DNA of 64,000 bases from Thermoanaerobaculia bacterium (GCA_963664405.1 OY761158.1:160001-224000); one strand, 5' to 3'; positions 9,789 through 19,533 are shown, numbered from the stretch's first letter. Notes: a model not told the origin generated them from the sequence alone. Translations and numbers: made by a program.

Positions 9789-10583
9789 TCACAGATCGAC
9801 CCCATGATCGAGGGGTGAGTGTTCAGCTCCAAGAGTCAAACCTGGGCTCATGGCACGGCGAACGAAAGAGATCGCCTCGGCAGCAGCGGTGGGCAGCTCC
9901 CCCCCTCGCGCGAGACGAAGTGCGAGCGCCGAAGACAAAGTGCAGCCGGTGCCCCGGCTCGACTGGGTGACCAGGCGAGGAGCACGAAACTCCGTCGTCC
10001 CGCCGCTCCAGACCAGGAGATCGACAATCTCGCCGCCCTGCCCGTGGCCTCCGGTGAGAAGGACGGCGCCAGCCGCGCGGCACAGATCTCTGGCCGCAGC
10101 CTCCCTCTCCTCGCGAGATGCAACTGTCTTCCCGAGCAACATTGAAGCTTCGGGCAGGTTCGGCGTGATGACATCGGCGAGCATGAAGAGCCGCTCACGC
10201 ATCCTGACCACGCCCCCGGGGTCGAGCAGACGCGCTCCGTCCGAGGCAGCAATCACCGGGTCGAGCACGATCGGGACCCGCCGATCCAAAGCTTCAAGGC
10301 TGCTCGCAACTGCATCGACGGTCTCAGCTGTCCCCAGCATCCCGATCTTGATCCCATCTACACCCATGTCATCGAGAACGGCCCGAAGTTGGGCCGTCAC
10401 CACGCCGGCAGGAACACGGTGAATTTCCGCTACCCCACGGCCGCTCTGGGCGGTGACGGCTGTGATCACACTCATCCCATAGACCCCGTGAGCAGCAAAG
10501 GTCTTGAGGTCGGCCTGAACTCCCGCCGCCCCCGAACTATCAGACCCACCAATGCTCAATAATCGCAGCGGTGCCCGAGGCAT
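9789..10583 (-). CDS. thiD: Hydroxymethylpyrimidine/phosphomethylpyrimidine kinase
   Basis: GSDSSGAAGVQADLKT, KIGML, DPV, TPNLPEA and GTGCTLSSA motifs. Confidence 0.93.
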   Translation of the reverse strand: MPRAPLRLLSIGGSDSSGAAGVQADLKTFAAHGVYGMSVITAVTAQSGRGVAEIHRVPAGVVTAQLRAVLDDMGVDGIKIGMLGTAETVDAVASSLEALDRRVPIVLDPVIAASDGARLLDPGGVVRMRERLFMLADVITPNLPEASMLLGKTVASREEREAAARDLCRAAGAVLLTGGHGQGGEIVDLLVWSGGTTEFRAPRLVTQSSRGTGCTLSSALALRLARGGELPTAAAEAISFVRRAMSPGLTLGAEHSPLDHGVDL

Positions 10584-10586
10584 TCT

Positions 10587-11384
10587 TCACGCCTCGCGCG
10601 GATCAGGTCTCATCTGCCACAGGACCAACATCGTGACAACAACCAGAGCGCTGATCGCCTGTGCGACGGTAAAACTTCCGAGCATCCGGTCGTCCTTGGC
10701 GCGGAGGATCTCGATGCCGAATCGCTCGCAGGCGAGCAGCCCGAGGGTCACGACCGTCACTGTCCCGACGCGCGCACCGCGGCGCAGCAGAACCAGGCCA
10801 AGGCTGCAAATCAGGAGTGCGAGCATGGTTTCATAGAGCTGAGTGGGATGCACAGCCAAGAGCTCGTCTGCCGGAATCGAGGCGGGCACGTCGATACCGA
10901 ACTCTGAGCGCAGTCGACCCGCTTCCGTCGGCGGCAGCCCAACCGGAAACTTGACTCCCCACGGCAGATCGGTCGGTACGCCGTAGTCGTCTCCGACCAG
11001 AAAACAGCCGATCCGCCCGACCGCGTAGCCTAACGCCATCGCCGGCGTCGCCGCGTCCATAGTCTGCCACTTCGGAAGGCGCCGGCGGCGCAGGGTCCAC
11101 ACCACCGCCGCCGAGGCGAGCAGGAAGCCACCGTACCAAACCAGACCGGCTCGGTTGTAGAGCAGGCGAATGTCCTGGTAGAGGATCGCGTAATAGATCT
11201 TGCCGCCAAAGATGCCTCCAAAGGCGGCCGCGTAGAGAATCGCAATCGCGTCATCGTCGTCTCCGACGCCGAGAAATCTGAGATTGCTTCGTAGCAGGAA
11301 GAAGGCCGTGGCGAAGGCCGCGACCATCAGAGGTCCGAAGGGGCTGATCGAGAGCGAGCCTATATGGAAGACCTCTTGGAACAT
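10587..11384 (-). CDS. lgt: Prolipoprotein diacylglyceryl transferase
   Basis: Multi-TM protein with GLVWYGG, GRIGCFL.GDDYG and HPTQLYE motifs. Confidence 0.93.
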   Translation of the reverse strand: MFQEVFHIGSLSISPFGPLMVAAFATAFFLLRSNLRFLGVGDDDDAIAILYAAAFGGIFGGKIYYAILYQDIRLLYNRAGLVWYGGFLLASAAVVWTLRRRRLPKWQTMDAATPAMALGYAVGRIGCFLVGDDYGVPTDLPWGVKFPVGLPPTEAGRLRSEFGIDVPASIPADELLAVHPTQLYETMLALLICSLGLVLLRRGARVGTVTVVTLGLLACERFGIEILRAKDDRMLGSFTVAQAISALVVVTMLVLWQMRPDPREA

Positions 11385-11452
11385 TTCTTGGCGGGCGACG
11401 GGCCGGTGGGGTTAGTGTTGAACCGCGCTTCTATCGTAACATCGCCGTTTCG

Positions 11453-12529
11453 ATGCCGGATCGACCGCCCCCGCTTCCTTCGCCGCAGACCCTAGCGGCA
11501 ATCGAGCGCCTCGACAGTCTCTGCCGCAAGGGCAAACGCAGCGGTAGATGGCTGATCCTGAGTCACGACAATCCCGACCCCGACGCTCTGGTCTCCGCTG
11601 CTCTTCTTGGCGTCATCCTGAAACGTCGCTTCGGGGTCAGCTACACCCTCGGCTACGCCGGCATCATCGGTCGCGCCGAGAACCAGGCTATGGTGCGTAG
11701 CCTGCGCCTCCGCTTGAGTCGCTTAGCGCATCTGACCCTCGGCAACTACAAACACTTTGCCCTAGTCGACACCCAACCCGGTACAGGCAACAACCAACTA
11801 CCCGAAGAAATTGTGCCGGAGATCGTCATCGACCATCATCCGCTGCGCAAGAGGACTACGAGCGCGGCTCTGTGGGACATCAGGCCGCACTACGGGGCCA
11901 CCGCCTCGATTGTGGCGGAATACCTACTGGCCTCGGGAATCGAGCCCAGCCGCGAAGCAGCAACGGGCCTGGTCTATGCCATTCGCACCGAGACCCTGGA
12001 CTTCAGTCGTGAGGCTCAAGGCCCCGATCGAGTGCTCTACGACTACCTCAACCCCCTGGTCAACAAACGCGCACTCGGAAAGATCCAGCACCCCAAGCTA
12101 CCCCTCTCATATTTCCGAATGCTTCACCAGTCGCTGGGGAACATGGAGGGCGTCGAGAATGTGGTGCTCTGTCACCTGTCGGCCACTCCAACACCGGACA
12201 ATGTGCCCCAGATCGCCGACCTGCTGCTCCGCCTCGAGGGCAAGACTTGGTGCATGGCAACGGGCATCTACGAACAGCGGCTCTATCTGGCCTTACGCAC
12301 CTCGAACCCTCGTGCCGACGCCGGTCGTGCGATGCGCCGTATCCTGGGGCGCAAGGGCAGGGGCGGCGGTCACGGCATGATCGCCGGCGGCTGGTTCCCT
12401 CTCGATCCCGACGAGGACGGCACCGCTTCACAGAACCTCCTCACCGGTAGGTTGCTACGCCTGCTGAAGAAGGACCCCGAGCGGCTCGTCGCGATCCGTG
12501 TCGACGAGCCTCCCAACCTATCTAGCTGA
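11453..12529 (+). CDS. DHH family phosphoesterase
   Basis: HDNPDPD, VDT, IDHH and GGGH motifs. Confidence 0.9.
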   Translation: MPDRPPPLPSPQTLAAIERLDSLCRKGKRSGRWLILSHDNPDPDALVSAALLGVILKRRFGVSYTLGYAGIIGRAENQAMVRSLRLRLSRLAHLTLGNYKHFALVDTQPGTGNNQLPEEIVPEIVIDHHPLRKRTTSAALWDIRPHYGATASIVAEYLLASGIEPSREAATGLVYAIRTETLDFSREAQGPDRVLYDYLNPLVNKRALGKIQHPKLPLSYFRMLHQSLGNMEGVENVVLCHLSATPTPDNVPQIADLLLRLEGKTWCMATGIYEQRLYLALRTSNPRADAGRAMRRILGRKGRGGGHGMIAGGWFPLDPDEDGTASQNLLTGRLLRLLKKDPERLVAIRVDEPPNLSS

Positions 12530-12555
12530 CCCGCTCGACCTTCGTGCCATCCGTC

Positions 12556-12584
12556 TTGACGCTCAGCCGAGGCACCGGTATATT
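12556..12584 (+). promoter_or_regulatory. Putative sigma70 promoter TTGACG-N17-TATATT
   Basis: Near-consensus -35/-10 with a 17-nt spacer upstream of the gene starting at 12655. Confidence 0.65.
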
Positions 12585-12654
12585 GGCTCGAACACCCTGC
12601 GAATTCTTTTCCCTCGGTCCATTCTCGTTGGTCCAAGCAAAGAGGTGCCCCTGC

Positions 12655-13086
12655 ATGAAGACTAAGAACTTTCTCCGTTTCAGCATCGTCCTGAGTGTGA
12701 TCCCCCTAGTACTGGCCGGCTGTGCAAGCACCAGAGGCGGTGGTGGTCCGAGCGACGAGGAGGTTTTGCAGAGTATGGCGGCGGAAATGCTCGAGGCTCT
12801 CAAGGCCAAAGACGTCGAAACAATGGTCTCGTTCTATGCCGACGACTTCACTTCCGACAACGGCGGCAAGGACGACACCAAGGCCTTCCTCGAAGGCGCA
12901 GCCCAGCAAGGCTTTCTCGACGGACTCGAGGTCGATACCAGTGAGATGGCGGTCGCTGTCGAAGGCGACACCGCTACAATCGGTCCGATCAAGCTCGAAG
13001 GCGCCTTCGGTGCGCTCACCATGGGCTTCGACATGGAGAAGCGCGACGGAAAGTGGTGGGTGGTCGCCCAGACTCAGGAGATGTAA
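12655..13086 (+). CDS. NTF2/SnoaL-like lipoprotein
   Basis: Lipobox LAGC, D-x-x-x-M-x-x-x-Y-A-D-D-F, and C-terminal 'KRDGKWWVV'. Start re-called to ATG 12655 (GAGG RBS). Confidence 0.8.
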   Translation: MKTKNFLRFSIVLSVIPLVLAGCASTRGGGGPSDEEVLQSMAAEMLEALKAKDVETMVSFYADDFTSDNGGKDDTKAFLEGAAQQGFLDGLEVDTSEMAVAVEGDTATIGPIKLEGAFGALTMGFDMEKRDGKWWVVAQTQEM

Positions 13087-13092
13087 GAGCGC

Positions 13093-13259
13093 CTAGTGTC
13101 CTGTATCAGTGGTTCGTTGCATAAATCGCGCAGTCATTTTGGGTGCTGCCAAGGCGCTACGACGAAGGTATATTGGGCAATATTGCGAGGAGGAGCAACG
13201 ACGGCAGCGCGCAAAAGGGCCAGCGAGTTGTGTGACGAACTACTGATACAGGACACTAG
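13093..13259 (+). mobile_element. CTAG-bounded palindromic MITE-like element, family A copy 1
   Basis: Perfect 18-bp terminal inverted repeat CTAGTGTCCTGTATCAGT/ACTGATACAGGACACTAG. The core is shared with 55218-55383. Lies between convergent genes. Confidence 0.75.
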
Positions 13260-13261
13260 CT

Positions 13262-13522
13262 TCAGCGCCTGCGGCGAATGATCCGCTTCAGCCGCGTCGG
13301 GTCTACACGAACCTTGGCGACCGGCCGACCGTCGCGAAGAAGAACTGGGACCACCTCCCCGAACCGCTCTCTCAGCCCGGGTTCACCGTCGACGTCGACC
13401 GAGGTCCAGGGCAGGCCGTAGCCCGGAAGCACCTGTTCGAGCACCAGGGCCATCTCGTCACAGAGATGGCATCCGGGCCGGGTGAGAAGGACGTACTCGG
13501 CCGAACGGACCCTTCCGATCAC
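13262..13522 (-). CDS. Glutaredoxin-like protein (DUF836)
   Basis: TRPGCHLCD and VPV motifs. Confidence 0.85.
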   Translation of the reverse strand: MIGRVRSAEYVLLTRPGCHLCDEMALVLEQVLPGYGLPWTSVDVDGEPGLRERFGEVVPVLLRDGRPVAKVRVDPTRLKRIIRRRR

Positions 13523-13529
13523 GCCGGCC

Positions 13530-15143
13530 TCACTCCCACTCGATGGTTCCGGGCGGCTTGCTGGTGATGTCGTAGGTCACTCGATTGATGCCGCGCACGT
13601 CGTTGACGATCCGGTTCGCCGTCCGGCTCAGTAGGTCCGGGGGCAGGTGGCTCCAGTCGGCGGTCATGAAGTCGTTGGTATCGACCGAGCGGAGAGCAAC
13701 CACGTTCTCATAGGTGCGTACGTCGCCCATCACGCCCACGCTCTGCACCGGCAAGAGAACAGCAAAGGCTTGACTGACCGCGTCATAGAGACCTGCTCGG
13801 CGAAGCTCGTCGATGAAGATCGCATCGGCTTCCTGTAGACGAGCGACCCGATCCGGAGTGACCTCGCCTAGGATTCGAACAGCAAGCCCCGGCCCAGGAA
13901 AGGGATGTCGCCCAATCAGCGATTCTGGAAGACCAAGCTCCCGCCCTAGCTCCCGAACCTCGTCCTTGAATAGGTAGCGCAGCGGCTCGACGAGCTCGAA
14001 TCCCAGCTCCTCCGGCAGCCCTCCTACATTGTGATGGGTCTTGATGGTAGCGGAGGGTCCTTTCACCGAGACCGACTCGATGACGTCGGGATAGAGGGTG
14101 CCTTGAGCCAGAAATTCCATGCCGTCGAGTTTCGCCGCCTCTTCACGAAAGACATCGACGAAGACCCGCCCGATGGTCCGTCGCTTCGTCTCAGGATCGA
14201 CAACCCCCGCCAGGGCTCCGAGAAAACGATCAGCGGCATCAACCCCGGTTACTTCCAGCCCAAGGCCATCGCGAAGACTGGCGAGGACCTGCTCTCCCTC
14301 TCCCTTGCGCAAAACGCCGTTGTCCACGAAGATCGCTTGCATTCGGCTGCCGACCGCGCGCTGGAGGAGCACTGCAAGCACCGAGGAGTCGACCCCTCCC
14401 GAAATTGCGCAGAGCACCCGGCCATCGCCGATCTGGTCACGCAATCCTGCTATCGCCTCTTCGAGATAGGAAGACATCTTCCAGTCTCCGTGGGCTCCAC
14501 ACACCTCGAAGAGAAAGTTGTGCAGCACCTCACGGCCATGCGTAGTATGCGAGACTTCGGGGTGGAACTGGATGCCAAAGAGCCGTCGCTTCAAACTCTC
14601 GAAGGCGACGATCGGTGCGCTCTCGGTCCCGGCGAGTGCCCCGAAATCCTCGGGCAGACGATGTACCCGATCCGAGTGACTCATCCACACCGTCTGACGA
14701 CGATCGAGCCCGGCCAGCAACACTCCCGGAGCCGTGATCTCGATCTCGGCGCGGCCGTATTCGCGTCCGTCGGACCCGCTGACTTCGGCTCCCAGCTGAT
14801 GAGCCATCAATTGCATGCCGTAACAGATCCCGAGCACGGGTATTCCGAGCTCCAATAGCTCGCGCTTCGAGCACGGAGCGTCGGCCGTGTAAACGCTGTC
14901 AGGGCCGCCCGAAAGAATGATGCCGATGGGTTGGCGGCGCCGTACTTCGGCCGCGGAAATATCAAAGGGCTCGATCTCACAGAAGACGCCGCTCTCTCGG
15001 AGGCGGCGCGCTATGAGCTGCGTGTACTGACTTCCGAAATCGAGAATCAGAATCCGCTCGTGCCCACTCCGTCTGTCTTCATCTGCAGGATTGTCGGCAG
15101 GTCTCTCTACTGCCTGCCCTCTCTCTTCGTCTACTCTCAACAC
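13530..15143 (-). CDS. guaA: GMP synthase (glutamine-hydrolysing)
   Basis: LDFGSQYTQLIARR, GICYGMQ, QFHPEV, SGGVDS and KPPGTIEWE motifs. Confidence 0.98.
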   Translation of the reverse strand: MLRVDEERGQAVERPADNPADEDRRSGHERILILDFGSQYTQLIARRLRESGVFCEIEPFDISAAEVRRRQPIGIILSGGPDSVYTADAPCSKRELLELGIPVLGICYGMQLMAHQLGAEVSGSDGREYGRAEIEITAPGVLLAGLDRRQTVWMSHSDRVHRLPEDFGALAGTESAPIVAFESLKRRLFGIQFHPEVSHTTHGREVLHNFLFEVCGAHGDWKMSSYLEEAIAGLRDQIGDGRVLCAISGGVDSSVLAVLLQRAVGSRMQAIFVDNGVLRKGEGEQVLASLRDGLGLEVTGVDAADRFLGALAGVVDPETKRRTIGRVFVDVFREEAAKLDGMEFLAQGTLYPDVIESVSVKGPSATIKTHHNVGGLPEELGFELVEPLRYLFKDEVRELGRELGLPESLIGRHPFPGPGLAVRILGEVTPDRVARLQEADAIFIDELRRAGLYDAVSQAFAVLLPVQSVGVMGDVRTYENVVALRSVDTNDFMTADWSHLPPDLLSRTANRIVNDVRGINRVTYDITSKPPGTIEWE

Positions 15144-15153
15144 AGCATGCTCC

Positions 15154-16179
15154 TCAAAGTTGGCTCTCCGGCTTGAGCTCTCTAGACATCAGTTCTTCCA
15201 CTGCGTCCCGCAGGGCCTTGCCCTGGTAGAGGATCTTCACCACTTGCTCGGTAATCGGCATCTCGACCCCACGGCGCTCTGCCAACGACAGGATAGAGCG
15301 TGAGTTACGTACTCCCTCGGCGACCATGGCGGTGTGACCCTCGATCTCCGCGAGACTCTGACCCCGAGCGAGAGCCTCACCAGTCTGCCGATTGCGCGAC
15401 AAGGAGCCGGTGCAGGTCAGGACCAAGTCGCCGAGACCGGCGAGACCCGAGAAGGTACGCGCTCGGCCCCCACAGGCCCTGCCGAGACGGGTCATCTCGT
15501 GCAGCCCTCTCGTCAGCAGGGCTGCGAGCGTATTGTGCCCGTAGCCTAGGCCGCTGACAACGCCGGCAGCAATAGCGATCACGTTTTTCACCGCGCCACC
15601 CAATTCGACGCCAACGACGTCAGAGCTCGAGTAGAGCCGCAGGTTGGCGCGCGATAGAAGTTCCTGAAGAGCGGATCGCACCTGAATGTCCTCGCAAGCG
15701 ATGACCGCCGCCGTCGGACTGCCAGCTGCGAGCTCGGCGGCGAAGGAGGGGCCCGAGATCACTGCGAAGGAGATCTTGCGCCGCGCTCGCACGGCTTCCT
15801 CGAAACTCACCTCACTCATACGCGCCAGACTCTCGCCCTCGACTCCCTTGGTCGCCGAAACGAGTGTGTGCTCGGTGCCGTCCGCGGACGCGGCGAGGAA
15901 GCGCTTGACGACGCCTCGAAAGCCATGAGAGGGCACGACGACCAAGACGGTCGAGCACGCAGTAGCCTCCTCGAGCGCGGCCGTCGGCCTTATTTTCCGA
16001 GGGAGCTCAACACCCGGGAGGTAGGCCCGGTTCTCGCCCTCGGCGCACAGCCGATCGATGAGCTCGACCGAACGCCCCCACAACACCACCTGCCGGTCAC
16101 AGCGACTGACGTGGAGCGCCAGAGCCGTGCCCCAGGAGCCCGCGCCAAGCACTGCTACCGGCCCTCTCTCTGCGGTCAA
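15154..16179 (-). CDS. gpsA: NAD(P)H-dependent glycerol-3-phosphate dehydrogenase
   Basis: GAGSWGTALA, SGPSFA, KNVIAIA and GLGDLVLTC motifs. Start re-called to TTG 16179 (TTGA overlap with the plsY stop). Confidence 0.95.
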   Translation of the reverse strand: MTAERGPVAVLGAGSWGTALALHVSRCDRQVVLWGRSVELIDRLCAEGENRAYLPGVELPRKIRPTAALEEATACSTVLVVVPSHGFRGVVKRFLAASADGTEHTLVSATKGVEGESLARMSEVSFEEAVRARRKISFAVISGPSFAAELAAGSPTAAVIACEDIQVRSALQELLSRANLRLYSSSDVVGVELGGAVKNVIAIAAGVVSGLGYGHNTLAALLTRGLHEMTRLGRACGGRARTFSGLAGLGDLVLTCTGSLSRNRQTGEALARGQSLAEIEGHTAMVAEGVRNSRSILSLAERRGVEMPITEQVVKILYQGKALRDAVEELMSRELKPESQL

Positions 16180-16811
16180 GTGCTCCCCTTCGAGCCGCCA
16201 AGACGATTCTCGGTGCCGGCCAAGAGGCGCCTCAAGTTGGCATGATGCCGCACTACGATGAGAGCGGCGATTAGCCCGGAGCTGGCCAGCATGTGCCTGT
16301 CGTAGGTACTCAAGCCCTGCCCTCGAGCGACTGCCGCGACCGCGACCGGGAAGGTGACCGCGCCAAGAATGGAGCCCAGCGAAACAAAACGGCTGAGCGC
16401 CACCGTAATCACGAAGACCAAGCCTGCGGCGGCGATAGCTGAGGGCGAGAGTGCAGCGAGAGCACCGACAGCAGTGGCCACCCCTTTGCCCCCTCGAAAG
16501 CCTAGAAACAGAGAGAAGACGTGACCAGAGACCGCGGCGAGGGCAGCCCAGCCTACCCACGAATCGGACGGCGCGGCCCAGCGGGCGAACACAACCCCAC
16601 CTGCCCCCTTGGCGACGTCGAGAAGGAGCGCGAGTACCGCGGCGCCCTTTCCTGCCGCCCGCAGCACATTGGTGGCGCCGGGGTTACCACTTCCTATAGT
16701 GCGAACGTCCACACCCCGAGACCGAAGAACGATCCAGTAACTAAAAGGTAGGGAGCCAAGGAGATAGGACGCCAGGAGAACGAGCGCGCCTTGTGTAGCC
16801 TCAGCCATCAC
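16176..16811 (-). CDS. plsY: Glycerol-3-phosphate acyltransferase PlsY
   Basis: YLLGS, GSGNPGATN, FRGGKGVAT and RHHANLRRL motifs. Confidence 0.95.
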   Translation of the reverse strand: MMAEATQGALVLLASYLLGSLPFSYWIVLRSRGVDVRTIGSGNPGATNVLRAAGKGAAVLALLLDVAKGAGGVVFARWAAPSDSWVGWAALAAVSGHVFSLFLGFRGGKGVATAVGALAALSPSAIAAAGLVFVITVALSRFVSLGSILGAVTFPVAVAAVARGQGLSTYDRHMLASSGLIAALIVVRHHANLRRLLAGTENRLGGSKGST

Positions 16812-16879
16812 GCGGAGTACTCCTGGAAGACGGAGTATGAAGGGCTATCGATCCCTAGGCAGCCGACCAAGAGTCTCAA
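16808..16879 (-). pseudogene. Probable internally deleted remnant of 2',3'-cyclic phosphodiesterase ThpR (23 aa)
   Basis: MRLLVGCLGIDSPSYSVFQEYSA resembles the ThpR N-terminus (MRLFVA) joined to a ThpR-like C-terminus. 4-nt overlaps with both cinA and plsY. Confidence 0.5.
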
Positions 16880-18129
16880 CTCACATCTCCCAGGCCCAGC
16901 AGCAGCCTTCGTAGCAGATCTAGAGCCCACTGTCCGCTCTGCACCCGTACTCTTTCGCGATCGCCGGGAAAGACGCCGACGCGGTGCCGGCTTTCGTCCT
17001 CGGGACCACAAACCGCGATGTGAACCGTACCCGTCGGTTTGAGCTCCGTCCCGCCTCCGGGCCCCGCTATGCCGGTAATACCAATGCCGTAGGTCGAGCT
17101 GAAGCGGTGACACGCGCCGCGCGCCATCGCTAGGGCGACTTCCTCCGATACCGCTCCCGCAGAATCGAGGAGACTACTCGGCACTCCGAGCAGGCTCTCT
17201 TTTACGCTGTTCGCGTAGGTCACGGCTCCGCCGAGAAAGTAGGCACTACTTCCGGGTACTCGCGTCAGCCTCTCGGCCACCAGACCGCCGGTACAAGACT
17301 CGGCGGTCGCGACCGTGGCACCACGCTCGGCAAGGAGGGCTCCGATGACCGACTCGAGCGTCCCGTCTTCCTCGGCGCTGAAGACCGCGTCCCCCACCAG
17401 CGCTCGCAGCCGTCTCTGCATCGTGCCGAGACGATCCTCGCGCTCCGCCACCGAGCCACGAGCACTCGCAAAGATGTGGATCTCAGCGGGCTTGGCGAGG
17501 ACGGTGATCCACTCCCGCCCGAACTCTTCGTAGGCCGCTCCGATCTGTTGCTCGACTCGCGATTCCGGAAGACACGCTACCTTGAGAACTCGTCTTTCTA
17601 TCCCCCCACCGTCCCATCTTGTCTCCAGCCACGGCACGAGGTTGCCCTCGACCATCCCCTTCATCTCTCTCGGGACTCCCGGCATCAGAAAGAAGGTACA
17701 GCTTCCGTGCTGGAGAATCTGTCCCGGCGCTGTCCCGCGTGGGTTAGAAATGAGTGTGGCGCCCGAAAGAACCTCGGCCTGCTTCCGATTGACTGCCGGC
17801 ATCTCGATACCGTGCTGTCGGAATCGCTCTTCGAGCGAATTCAGAACAGCCGGATCGAGAGCGAGAGTGCGCCCCAGCGCCTTGGCAACGGCTTCTCGGG
17901 TCACGTCGTCCGCGGTCGGACCCAGACCGCCGGTGATCAGCACCAAATCGACCTCGGTAGTGAGGTGCTCGAGCTCGAGCGCTATTGCATCGACATCATC
18001 GCCGACGACAGATTTTCTGCGCAGCACGACGCCATAGCGCTCGAGGATCCCGGTCAGAAACAGGGAGTTCGTATCCAGCCGTTCGACGCCTAGAAGCTCG
18101 GACCCGATCGCGACGACGGCCGCCTGCAT
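16876..18129 (-). CDS. cinA: CinA (MoCF-like domain + NMN deamidase PncC)
   Basis: IGSELL, GGLGPTADD, PGVPREM, AESCTGG and ITGIAGPGGG motifs. Confidence 0.95.
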   Translation of the reverse strand: MQAAVVAIGSELLGVERLDTNSLFLTGILERYGVVLRRKSVVGDDVDAIALELEHLTTEVDLVLITGGLGPTADDVTREAVAKALGRTLALDPAVLNSLEERFRQHGIEMPAVNRKQAEVLSGATLISNPRGTAPGQILQHGSCTFFLMPGVPREMKGMVEGNLVPWLETRWDGGGIERRVLKVACLPESRVEQQIGAAYEEFGREWITVLAKPAEIHIFASARGSVAEREDRLGTMQRRLRALVGDAVFSAEEDGTLESVIGALLAERGATVATAESCTGGLVAERLTRVPGSSAYFLGGAVTYANSVKESLLGVPSSLLDSAGAVSEEVALAMARGACHRFSSTYGIGITGIAGPGGGTELKPTGTVHIAVCGPEDESRHRVGVFPGDRERVRVQSGQWALDLLRRLLLGLGDVS

Positions 18130-18158
18130 GCCGGGATCTTATAGTGACAAGGGGCGCT

Positions 18159-19496
18159 CTACGATGGGGAAATGCGATTCCCTCGATCCAGCTCGTCGCC
18201 ACCGCGCACCACCTGCTGAATCAGGCGCGGAGAGCTGGCACTCTCAGCGACCAGAAAGCAGGAACGAAACACCTCCATCAAGCCCTCTTTGCCTTCCGGC
18301 ACGTAAAGCCTCGCCAACTCCTGGCCGGCCTCCACTTCTTCGCCGAGGCGGGCACGGTAGTTAAGACTCACGGTTGGGTCGACTCTATCCTCGCCGTTTC
18401 TCCGGCCGCCACCCGCTCGCAAAAGGAGCATGCCGAGCGCCCGAGTCTTCACTTGGGCGAGGATCCCGGTGTGCGGCGCCTCCGCAACCAACTCTACAGG
18501 CGCGAGCTGGAAGTCCGGACGGGCAAGCCAGGCACGATTCGCGCCCTGTGCCGCCGCCCAGCCCCTAAAGCACTCGAGGGCCCGACCGCTGGAAAGAGCC
18601 ACTCGCCCGGCGTCGGCGAGACTTCGGCCGGAGAGGTGAGAAAGCTCAGCCGCGAGGCTGAGAACTACTTCGACCAGGCGGTCGTCGCCGCGCCCCTCCA
18701 GACAATCGAAGACCTCCTTGATCTCGGCGGAATGGCCCGCCCAAGAGCCCAGCGGCTGACTCATGTCGGTGACGATAGCCGTCGCCTTTCTCCCCAGACC
18801 CTCACAGGTCCTGACCAGGAGATGCGCCAGCTGAAGCGAATCCTCACTCGACGGCAGGAACGCCCCATTGCCGGTCTTGACGTCGAGAACTAGGGCCTCG
18901 GGCCCAAGAGCGAGCTTTTTCGAAAGAATGCTGCTGGCGATCAAGGGCAGACACTCCGCCGTCGCGGTGTGGTTTCGCAGCGAATAGAGGCGCCTATCTG
19001 CGGGTGCGATCGCGGCCGAAGCAACGCCGATCGCGATATTCGTCTTGTCGAGGAGCGCCAAGCATCGCTTTCGATCGATCTCGAGCCGCAGACCAGGAAT
19101 ACTTTCCAGTTTGTCGGCGGTCCCACCCGTGTGCCCAAGCCCCCGCCCCGTCAGCTTGGCGAAACGAAAATCGCAGGCGGCAAGAACTGCGGCCAGGATG
19201 ATCGAGACCTTGTCACCGACGCCGCCCGTGCTGTGCTTGTCGAGCACGCCCGGAATCGTCGACGCCAGGTTCCACTGCTCTCCGGACTCCGCCATCGATT
19301 GGGTAAGAACCCGAGTCTCGGCGTCTTCGAGGCCGCGAATGGAGACCGCCATGAGGAAGGCCGCAAGCTGAGCATCCGTCCAAGTCCCGTCGGCGGCCCC
19401 TCGGACCACGGCCTCGATCGCGGTACGGTCCAGCGTCTCTCCACGGCGTTTTCGCTGGAGAATCCGGTAAGGAGACGGGCTCCCCTCATCGCGCAT
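18159..19496 (-). CDS. deoA: Thymidine/pyrimidine-nucleoside phosphorylase
   Basis: DKHSTGGVGDK, GRGLGHTGGT.DKLESIPG and SILSKK motifs. Start re-called to ATG 19496. Confidence 0.92.
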   Translation of the reverse strand: MRDEGSPSPYRILQRKRRGETLDRTAIEAVVRGAADGTWTDAQLAAFLMAVSIRGLEDAETRVLTQSMAESGEQWNLASTIPGVLDKHSTGGVGDKVSIILAAVLAACDFRFAKLTGRGLGHTGGTADKLESIPGLRLEIDRKRCLALLDKTNIAIGVASAAIAPADRRLYSLRNHTATAECLPLIASSILSKKLALGPEALVLDVKTGNGAFLPSSEDSLQLAHLLVRTCEGLGRKATAIVTDMSQPLGSWAGHSAEIKEVFDCLEGRGDDRLVEVVLSLAAELSHLSGRSLADAGRVALSSGRALECFRGWAAAQGANRAWLARPDFQLAPVELVAEAPHTGILAQVKTRALGMLLLRAGGGRRNGEDRVDPTVSLNYRARLGEEVEAGQELARLYVPEGKEGLMEVFRSCFLVAESASSPRLIQQVVRGGDELDRGNRISPS

Positions 19497-19533
19497 CAAG
19501 ACCGTAGAGGGAATCGGTTTCCCGCTTCCTCTC

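Noticed and set aside
13096-13281. 61-aa ORF
   Set aside because: It lies almost entirely within the palindromic element and has no coding support.
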